From positions 1 through 16,608 of IMG/VR virus record IMGVR_UViG_3300037473_000239: 16,608 bases of DNA; one strand, given 5' to 3'. Positions 1-6,389 of this stretch are shown in pieces; the first letter of the stretch is position 1; each line of letters opens with the position of its first letter. Both the position numbers and the translations under genes were made by a program. The stretch is from a virus. The notes beneath the pieces were generated by a model, which saw only the letters and a list, made by a program, of their open reading frames with translations, did no database searches and was not told the origin of the DNA.

Positions 1-774
1 GGCGGGCTGTGGTTCCGGGTCAGCTTCGCCGACGGCACGCAGCGGAAGCTCGACGCTACCGACTTCTGGTACGTGCCCGCCCTGGCGATGACGCCCGGGT
101 TCGGGCAGGGCCTGATGCAGCTTGCTCGCCGGTCGTTGTCGACGTCGATTGCCGGGGACAAGGCGGCGGCGAAGATGTTCTCCTCCGGCGCTCTGATTTC
201 CGGCCTGGTGTCGCCGATGGACGAGAGTCTTGACGAAACCGATGACATCCCGACACTCCGCCGGGAGCTGAACAACGCGGTCCTAGGTCACGAGAACGCG
301 GGCACGATCGCGCTGGTGAACCGGCGCTTGCAGTTCACGCCCTGGACGATGACCGCGCAGGCGGCCCAGTTCCTGGAGTCCAGGGCGTTCCAGATCGAGG
401 AGATCGCTCGCTGGACCGGCGTGCCGCCGCACCTGCTCATGCAGACCGACAAGCAAACCTCGTGGGGTACCGGCGTCGACGAGCAGAACCGGGGCCTGTC
501 GAAGTTCGTCCTCGGGCACTGGGCGCAGCGGGTCGAGCAGCGCGCCTCCCGGCTGCTGGTGCAGCCGCGCTGGTGTGAGTTCGACTTCGCCGCGCTGGAG
601 CGGCCGAACTTCCAGACGAACGTCGGCCTTGTCCTCCAGCAGATCGACAAGGGCCTCATCAGCGCCGACTACGGCCGCAAGCTGCTGAACATCCCGGCCG
701 ATGCGGCGCCGGCTGTAGGCCCACAGCCGACACCCGACACGAACGGGGGCGGCAATGATCCGGCAGCCCAGTAA
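1..774 (+). CDS. Phage portal protein, HK97 family: C-terminal part. It is 5'-partial in this window and continues from 16020-16608 across the circular junction.
   Basis: Frame 1 is open from nt 1 and is in phase with the ORF that starts at ATG 16020, since 1 corresponds to 16482. The joined product is 411 aa. Portal-like text is present (FWYVPALAMTPGFGQGLMQLARRS, QFLESRAFQIEEIARWTGVPPHLL), and the gene sits directly upstream of the protease and capsid genes. Confidence 0.9.
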   Translation, partial: GGLWFRVSFADGTQRKLDATDFWYVPALAMTPGFGQGLMQLARRSLSTSIAGDKAAAKMFSSGALISGLVSPMDESLDETDDIPTLRRELNNAVLGHENAGTIALVNRRLQFTPWTMTAQAAQFLESRAFQIEEIARWTGVPPHLLMQTDKQTSWGTGVDEQNRGLSKFVLGHWAQRVEQRASRLLVQPRWCEFDFAALERPNFQTNVGLVLQQIDKGLISADYGRKLLNIPADAAPAVGPQPTPDTNGGGNDPAAQ

Positions 775-1414
775 CCTCGCCGAACTGCGTGCCGCCTGGC
801 GTGCCGCCGAGGGCGTCACCGCATCGGCCCCGTGCTTCCGCCTGGTCAACGCCGCGACGCCGAAGCTGTACGTCAGCGGAATGATCGGCGGCTACGACCT
901 CGACGCGCAGGAGTTCGTCCAGGCCGTGCACGCGCTCGACGTCAAGGCGATCGACGTGCACATCAACAGCCCCGGCGGGTTCGTGTGGGACACGCTCTCC
1001 ATGTACGAGGCGCTGAAGTCCCACCCGGCGACGGTCACCGGATACGTGGACGGTCTGGCCGCGTCCGCCGCAAGCTTCCTGCTCCAGGCGGCCGACCACC
1101 GGGTCATGGCGACCGGCTCCCGCGTGATGGTCCACGACGCCCAACTGGTCGCCGTCGGATCACCGGCCGAAGTCCGGGAGGCCGCCGACATCGGCGACGC
1201 CGTGTCCAACGACATTGCCTCCATCTACGCCGAGCGGGCCGGAGGAAAGCCGACCGCCTGGCGCGGCGCGATGAAGGCCACGACCTGGTATTCGGCGAGC
1301 GAGGCGGTAGACGCCCGCCTGGCCGACCGGGTTTCCACCAAGCAGAACGGGCCGGACAACCGGTCTCGACTCATTCAGGCGCGGGTTCGCGCCCTGGCTA
1401 CCCAGGGAGGGTAG
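755..1414 (+). CDS. Prohead (capsid maturation) serine protease, ClpP-like S14 family
   Basis: ClpP-type motifs are present: DVHINSPGGFVWD, the GLAASAASFLL serine region and VMVHDA histidine. It lies between the portal and major capsid genes and overlaps the portal 3' end by 20 nt. Confidence 0.85.
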   Translation: MIRQPSNLAELRAAWRAAEGVTASAPCFRLVNAATPKLYVSGMIGGYDLDAQEFVQAVHALDVKAIDVHINSPGGFVWDTLSMYEALKSHPATVTGYVDGLAASAASFLLQAADHRVMATGSRVMVHDAQLVAVGSPAEVREAADIGDAVSNDIASIYAERAGGKPTAWRGAMKATTWYSASEAVDARLADRVSTKQNGPDNRSRLIQARVRALATQGG

Positions 1415-2611
1415 ATGCGCACCATCGAGGAGATCACTGCCGCGATGACCGCGCTCGTCGACGGGGCCGCGGACCGCAGCCTCACCGACGACGAGGTCAC
1501 GCAGTACGAGGGCATGGAAAAGGAGCTGAAGACCGTTCAGCGCTCCGACGCCATCCGCACCCGCAACGCGGCCTACAACACCGTGCGGACCCCGGCCGGT
1601 GTTCCGGCTCGCGGTGGCCGCCCGGACGACGGCCGCACCGACCTGGACCGGGCGTTCGAGAACTACCTGCGGACCGGCCGGGAGAACGCCGACATCACCG
1701 AGCTGTACAACGCGCAGGGCGAGGGCGGCTCGGCAGCGGGCGGCTACCTCGTCCCGACGACCATGCGGGACCGCATGATCGAGAAGATGAAGGCGTTCGG
1801 CGGGATCGCCCAGTTCGCCGAGACGATGACCACCACGACCGGCGAGCCGATCCAGTGGGCGACCCTCGACGACACCGGCAACCAGGGTGGCATCGCCGCA
1901 GAGTCCGCCGCCCCGGCGTCCGGTGCCGACCTCACGTTCGGCAAGGGCTCCATCGGCGCGTACCGGTACACCTCCGCCGGTGCCGGATCGAACACGCCGC
2001 TGCGGGTGCCGACCGCGCTGGTCCGGGACTCGGCGTTCGACATCGAGGGCCTGGTGGCGCGGAAGCTGGGCGAGCGGATCGGCCGGAAGATGGCCGTGCA
2101 CTGGGCGACCGGCACCGGCGTGGGCGAGCCTCAGGGCCTGGTCGCGGCCAGCCTGACGCAGGACTACGACCTGAACACGGCCGACACGGTGAAGTACACC
2201 GACGCGGTGAACGCGCAGGACAAGCTCGACGCCGCCTACGACGAGGGCTCGATCTGGCTGATGCGCAAGAACACCTGGTCGCAGTGGCGGCTGGTGGTCG
2301 ACAACAACGGCCGCCCCATCGTGCAGGACTACTCGCAGGGCATCACGGACCAGCCGGTCCGCCGCCTGGTCGGCAGCACCGTGGGGATCAGCGAGCAGAT
2401 GCCGCTCCTGTCGTCGGCCGGGATCACCTACCCGATGGTCTACGGCAACATCCAGCGGGCCTACCTGATCCGCTACGTCGGCGCTCCGACGATCCTCGTC
2501 AACCCGTACAGCCGGATGGCGAACGGGGAGATCGAGTACACCGGCGAGCAGTGGGCTGACGGCCTGGTCCAGGAACGCGCCGCGTACGTCATCGTCCGCA
2601 ACAACACCTGA
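1415..2611 (+). CDS. Major capsid protein, HK97 fold, with an N-terminal coiled-coil scaffold (delta)-like region
   Basis: 398 aa, with the ATG immediately after the protease stop and preceded by GGGAGGG. The N-terminal ~100 aa are helical and charged, followed by AAGGYLVPTTMRDRMIEKMKAFGGIAQFA, which is typical of HK97-family capsids. The gene follows the protease. Confidence 0.9.
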   Translation: MRTIEEITAAMTALVDGAADRSLTDDEVTQYEGMEKELKTVQRSDAIRTRNAAYNTVRTPAGVPARGGRPDDGRTDLDRAFENYLRTGRENADITELYNAQGEGGSAAGGYLVPTTMRDRMIEKMKAFGGIAQFAETMTTTTGEPIQWATLDDTGNQGGIAAESAAPASGADLTFGKGSIGAYRYTSAGAGSNTPLRVPTALVRDSAFDIEGLVARKLGERIGRKMAVHWATGTGVGEPQGLVAASLTQDYDLNTADTVKYTDAVNAQDKLDAAYDEGSIWLMRKNTWSQWRLVVDNNGRPIVQDYSQGITDQPVRRLVGSTVGISEQMPLLSSAGITYPMVYGNIQRAYLIRYVGAPTILVNPYSRMANGEIEYTGEQWADGLVQERAAYVIVRNNT

Positions 2612-2626
2612 GAGGACCGAGGCCCT

Positions 2627-3061
2627 GTGAGCACGTACATCCGTAAGGACCTGGCCGGGGCGAAGGTCCTCGGCGCGGCGAAGCTGACCCTGAACGCGGC
2701 CAGCACCAGCAACTTCGACTTCGGCACGCCGGACGACATCAACCTGGCGACGAACGCGAACTACCGGCCGGGCGATCGGGTCATGGCCGTGTTCACCGGC
2801 ACGACCGGCGGCACGACCAACACCCTGACCTGGTCGGTCCAGGACGCGGACGACTCGTCCGGGTCGATCGGCACCCCGGCCACCGCTGTGACCGACGTCG
2901 TCTACGGCGGCCTATCGGGCGGCACCGGCGACGACTTCACGGTCGTGGCGGTCGAGGTGCAGAACGGCCGTCCGTGGCTGCGGTTCCGGGCGACCGGTAA
3001 CGGCACCACGGACACGTTCGCCCTGGCGTGCGTCGTCCTGTCCATCCCGGTCGACCTGTAG
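2627..3061 (+). CDS. Hypothetical virion protein; possibly head decoration or an accessory capsid protein
   Basis: 144 aa, GTG start, high GC3. The composition is Thr/Gly/Ser-rich and beta-like, with no catalytic motifs. The function is inferred only from its position between the capsid and head-tail adaptor genes. Confidence 0.55.
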   Translation: MSTYIRKDLAGAKVLGAAKLTLNAASTSNFDFGTPDDINLATNANYRPGDRVMAVFTGTTGGTTNTLTWSVQDADDSSGSIGTPATAVTDVVYGGLSGGTGDDFTVVAVEVQNGRPWLRFRATGNGTTDTFALACVVLSIPVDL

Positions 3062-3092
3062 CCGGCCGAAACCGTAAAGAAGGGAGGCGGTC

Positions 3093-3677
3093 GTGACCTG
3101 GGCACCGGACTACGTCACGTTGACGGAGCTGAAGGACTACCTCCGTAACAACGCCCTGGGCGAAGACGTGGCCGACGACGCCTTCTTGGCGCTCTGGATC
3201 ACGACCGTTTCCCGCAACATCGATGACTTCTGCGGACGCCAGTTCGGGCAGGTCGCCACGCTGGAGACCCGCGAATACCGGGCGGCGTACGACCGGCACG
3301 AGGGCGGCTACTTCGCAGAGATCGACGACGTACAGGACGTCGATGACCTGACCGTCATCGACGAGAACGCGAACACCATCACCGACTACACCCTTCTGCC
3401 GCTGAATGCCTCGCAGAAGGGCAAGCCCTACACGCGCATTCGGGTGCCCGGCTGCGGCCCGTTCACCATCGACGCGCTCTGGGGCTGGACCGCCGTGCCC
3501 TCCTCGGTGAAGACCGGCCTCTTTCTCCAGGGCGCACGGCTGGACAACCGGCGTAGCTCGCCGTTCGGGATTGCCGGTTCGCCCTCGGAGGGCTCCGAGA
3601 TGCGCCTTCTGGCCCAGCTCGATCCGGACTTCCGGACCTCGCTGAAGCCATACGTGCGGGACTGGTGGGCGGCATGA
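3093..3677 (+). CDS. Head-tail adaptor (gp6-like head-tail connector family)
   Basis: GTG start preceded by AAGGGAGG. The N-terminal LTELKDYLR motif is typical of gp6-like connectors. The C-terminal WGWTAVPSSVK...DPDFRTSLKPYVRDW resembles actinophage head-to-tail adaptors. Confidence 0.7.
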   Translation: MTWAPDYVTLTELKDYLRNNALGEDVADDAFLALWITTVSRNIDDFCGRQFGQVATLETREYRAAYDRHEGGYFAEIDDVQDVDDLTVIDENANTITDYTLLPLNASQKGKPYTRIRVPGCGPFTIDALWGWTAVPSSVKTGLFLQGARLDNRRSSPFGIAGSPSEGSEMRLLAQLDPDFRTSLKPYVRDWWAA

Positions 3678-4087
3678 ACCTCGACGACGTGGCCGAGGAA
3701 ATGCGGAACGCTCTGGCCACCATCGACGGCCTACGGGTCGCGCAGTGGGGCGCAGGCAGCGTCTCGGCTCCCGCCGGGCTGGTCGGGCTTCCGGTGCGCA
3801 TCGACTACGACGACACCTACGTACGCGGCTCCGACCGGTACCCCGACCTGGAGGTCTACGTCCTGGTCGACAAGCCCCAGGACCGGTCGACGCGCAAGCG
3901 CCTCGCCCAGTACGCGGCGGGTGCCGGGGACAAGAGCGTCAAGCAGGCCATCGAGTCGTACGAGTTCACCAGCTGCGACAAGGACTCCGTGCGGGTCGTC
4001 TCGTGCGAGTTCGAAGAGGTCAAGTACGCCGGGATTCCTTACCTGGCAGCGATTTTCCACGTCGACCTGACCGGCGACGGCGAGTAG
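3674..4087 (+). CDS. Neck or tail-completion protein (head-tail stopper or tail-terminator position); function not recognised
   Basis: Coupled to the upstream gene by an ATGA start/stop overlap; the track's alternative start is GTG at 3665. 137 aa, located between the adaptor and major tail protein genes. Confidence 0.55.
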   Translation: MNLDDVAEEMRNALATIDGLRVAQWGAGSVSAPAGLVGLPVRIDYDDTYVRGSDRYPDLEVYVLVDKPQDRSTRKRLAQYAAGAGDKSVKQAIESYEFTSCDKDSVRVVSCEFEEVKYAGIPYLAAIFHVDLTGDGE

Positions 4088-4097
4088 GGAGGCAACC

Positions 4098-4502
4098 ATG
4101 TCCAAGCCGCACGGCAAGAACACGGTCATCACGGTGGCCACCAAGGACATCAGTCCGTACACGAAGACCTCGACGTACACCCGGTCGGCGAAGAGCCACG
4201 ACACCACCGGCTACGGCGTCGACGACGAGGACTACGAGGCTGGCCTCAAGGGCGGCAAGTTCTCCATGGGCGGCACCTACGACAACACCGCCTCGGTCGG
4301 CCCGCGCAACGCCCTGCACGGGCTCGTCGGCACGAAGGTCGCCGTGGTCCGCAAGACCGAGGGCACCGGCACCGGCAAGCCGCAGGACACCTTCTCGATG
4401 GTCCTGGAGAGCTACGTCGAGACCAACCCGCACGACGACATGATCTCGTGGACCGCCGAGGGCACCATCGCTGGCGGCGTCACCACGACGGCTCAGAGCT
4501 GA
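4098..4502 (+). CDS. Major tail (tube) protein
   Basis: 134 aa with a strong RBS (GGGAGGCAACC-ATG). It lies immediately upstream of the chaperone pair. The composition is beta-rich and Thr/Gly-rich, as in small siphovirus tube proteins. Confidence 0.7.
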   Translation: MSKPHGKNTVITVATKDISPYTKTSTYTRSAKSHDTTGYGVDDEDYEAGLKGGKFSMGGTYDNTASVGPRNALHGLVGTKVAVVRKTEGTGTGKPQDTFSMVLESYVETNPHDDMISWTAEGTIAGGVTTTAQS

Positions 4503-4509
4503 GTCGGCG

Positions 4510-4827
4510 ATGGCGAACCTGACGCGCGAGCAGATCCTGGCCCGCAAGACCGGCAAGGGGAAGGCGACGCTGCCCGACGGCACGACCGTGGCGATCCGGG
4601 CGCTGACCCGCGACGAGGTCCTAGAGAGCCAGGAAATGGACAGCCTGGCCGATCGGGACAACTTCATCATCGCGACCGGCGTGACCGACCCGAAGCTGAC
4701 CGTCGAAGACGTGGCCGCGTGGGCGGCCTCGGGCGACGCGGGCGACCTCACCACCGTTACCGACGCGATCGCCGAGCTGTCCCGGCTGAAGCAGGGTGCC
4801 GGGAAAAGCAGCGTGGCTGGAGCTTGA
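4510..4827 (+). CDS. Tail assembly chaperone (gpG-like, zero-frame product)
   Basis: 105 aa and acidic, immediately downstream of the major tail protein. Its 3' end overlaps a second ORF in another frame at a GGGAAAA run. Confidence 0.65.
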   Translation: MANLTREQILARKTGKGKATLPDGTTVAIRALTRDEVLESQEMDSLADRDNFIIATGVTDPKLTVEDVAAWAASGDAGDLTTVTDAIAELSRLKQGAGKSSVAGA

Positions 4828-5005
4828 CGACGATCCGGAACTGGAGTTCGAGTTCCGGCTGGCGAAGGACCTCGGCATGACCGTCCGCCGACTGCGGACG
4901 GAGATGGACAACAGCGAGTTCATCGTCTGGTCCCGCTACTACATGCGGCGAGACGCGGATAAGGAGCTGGCCGCGCAGCAGGCCGCGCAGAGGGCAGGAG
5001 GGTAG
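4802..5005 (+). CDS. gpT-like extension of the tail assembly chaperone. The predicted fusion product spans 4510..~4806 joined to ~4808..5005 through a net +1 frameshift.
   Basis: The frame-2 ORF overlaps the end of 4510-4827 and there is no convincing RBS for its GTG at 4796. The text LAKDLGMTVRRLRTEMDNSEFIVWSRYY resembles the T portions of actinophage chaperones. A slippery GGGAAAA lies at 4801-4807. Confidence 0.5.
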   Translation, partial: GKAAWLELDDDPELEFEFRLAKDLGMTVRRLRTEMDNSEFIVWSRYYMRRDADKELAAQQAAQRAGG

Positions 5006-5008
5006 TAG

Positions 5009-5434
5009 ATGGCCGAGATCGTGCAGATCACGGGCATTCGCGAGTTGAACGCTGCCCTGAAGCGGGTCGACGCCGAGCTTCCCAAGGGTGTGCGTGTCGC
5101 GCTGAACGAGGGCGTCGAGAAGTTGGCCGGCTATATCCGACCGCAGATCCCGACAGACACCGGCGCGGCCCGGCAGAGCGTCAAGCCCGGATCGACCCGT
5201 ACGGCCGCCAGGCTGCGCGTCGGCGGCGCGAAGGCCCGTTACTACCCCTGGCTCGACTTCGGTGGCCAGGGACGCCGCAAGGGCCGTCCCGCGCACCGCC
5301 CGTTCATCTCCGAAGGCCGCTACGTCTACCCGACGCTGCGCAAGCGGAAGCCCGAACTGATCGACGACCTAAACAACGCCATCGCGGGCGTGATCCGTGG
5401 TGCTGGGCTGGAGGTGACCACCGATGGCGGGTAA
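5009..5434 (+). CDS. HK97 gp10-family neck or tail-completion protein
   Basis: The pattern ITGIRELNAALKRV...IPTDTGAARQSV...YYPWLDFGG matches the gp10 family as I recall it (G..el...L, P.DTG, Y...efG). The ATG lies 4 nt after the stop of the T frame. Confidence 0.6.
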   Translation: MAEIVQITGIRELNAALKRVDAELPKGVRVALNEGVEKLAGYIRPQIPTDTGAARQSVKPGSTRTAARLRVGGAKARYYPWLDFGGQGRRKGRPAHRPFISEGRYVYPTLRKRKPELIDDLNNAIAGVIRGAGLEVTTDGG

Positions 5435-6389
5435 CAACACCCTCACCGTGACGATCGCCGGGGAGTCCAAGGGAGCCGAGGACGCGTTCGCCCGCGTCGG
5501 CACCAGCGCCAAGGACATGGACACGAAGGTCCGTGACACCCACGACAGCTTCGACAAGGTCGGCGAGAAGGCCGACGAGGTCGACACCAAGGCGATGGGG
5601 TTCCGCGACACCCTCACCGGTATCCAGGACTCCACCAAGGGCATCAAGGACATCGCCTCCGGCAACTTCGGGTTCGAGTCGCTGCTGACCCTGGGTGCCG
5701 GTATCGGCGACCTGGGCTCCGGCATGTTCAACTTCCTGGTGCCCGCGTTCGGGGCCGTCACCACGGCGGTCCAGGGCATGAACCTTGCGTTCCTGTCGTC
5801 GCCGATCTTCTGGATCATCGCCGCGATCGTGGTCCTCATCGGGATCATCGTGCTGATCGCCACCAAGACCGATTGGTTCCAACGGGCGTGGAAGGCGTCG
5901 TGGGGCTGGATCAAGGACGCCGCAGGCGCGGCCTGGGACTGGATCAAGACCAAGGCGGTCGCCGTCTGGGACTGGCTGAAGAGCATCCCCGGCATGCTGA
6001 AGACGGCCTTCGGGAAGGTCGCCGACATCCTCATCGCGCCGTACAAGTTCGCGTTCAACACGATCGCGAAGCTGTGGAACGCCACCATCGGCAGCCTGTC
6101 GTGGACCGTGCCCGGCTGGATCCCGGGCATCGGCGGCAACACGATCAGCGTGCCGAAGCTGCCCACCTTCCACTCCGGCGGCACCGTGCCCGGCTTTCCC
6201 GGGCAGGCCGTACCCATCATGGCCATGGCGGGCGAGCAGGTGTCGGCCAACGGGAGCGGCGGGCGCGGCGGCACGGTCTACGTGCGTGGTGATGGCCTGG
6301 TCGACTACCTGATTGAGGCGATTGCGGGTGAGGTTCGTCGTCGCGGCGGTGACCCTGGTGCTCTGGGTATCGGTGGTTCCGGTGCCTAA
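5424..6389 (+). CDS. Tape measure protein (unusually short, 321 aa)
   Basis: RBS GGAGGTG lies 8 nt upstream of the ATG. The N-terminus is helical and is followed by two hydrophobic segments (FNFLVPAFGAVTTAV, PIFWIIAAIVVLIGIIVLIA). Trp repeats recur every 11 aa (SWGWIK/AWDWIK/VWDWLK), and a Gly-rich C-terminus contains PTFHSGGTVPG. The gene sits upstream of the tail-tip genes. Confidence 0.8.
   Translation: MAGNNTLTVTIAGESKGAEDAFARVGTSAKDMDTKVRDTHDSFDKVGEKADEVDTKAMGFRDTLTGIQDSTKGIKDIASGNFGFESLLTLGAGIGDLGSGMFNFLVPAFGAVTTAVQGMNLAFLSSPIFWIIAAIVVLIGIIVLIATKTDWFQRAWKASWGWIKDAAGAAWDWIKTKAVAVWDWLKSIPGMLKTAFGKVADILIAPYKFAFNTIAKLWNATIGSLSWTVPGWIPGIGGNTISVPKLPTFHSGGTVPGFPGQAVPIMAMAGEQVSANGSGGRGGTVYVRGDGLVDYLIEAIAGEVRRRGGDPGALGIGGSGA

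Noticed and set aside
1-127. Terminal 127 bp repeat considered as a genuine phage direct terminal repeat, or as att-site duplication of an integrated prophage
   Set aside because: The repeat lies in the middle of the portal coding sequence and joins it in frame. No host-like flanking sequence exists in the window. A circular-template assembly overlap is the simplest reading.
832-2559. 575 aa plus-strand ORF overlapping the protease and capsid genes
   Set aside because: The composition is extremely Arg/Pro/Gly/His-rich, typical of an off-frame shadow ORF in GC-rich DNA. The same DNA encodes clearly recognisable ClpP-like and HK97-capsid proteins in other frames.
2627-3061. The 144 aa ORF (and likewise 8997-9473) considered as the missing endolysin
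   Set aside because: The sequences are Thr/Gly/Ser-rich and beta-type, with no recognisable catalytic His/Cys/Glu/Asp motifs. They lie inside the head and tail modules respectively. The rejection is only provisional because no profile search was possible.
6313-6381. Signal-peptide-like or TM-like N-terminus (MRRLRVRFVVAAVTLVLWVSVV) on the big tail protein, if it starts at TTG 6313
   Set aside because: This segment is simply the tape measure gene's Gly-rich C-terminal coding DNA read out of frame, and the track takes the first possible start after a stop. A start at GTG 6373 or 6382, next to the tape measure stop, fits the coupling seen elsewhere. I kept the start flagged as uncertain.
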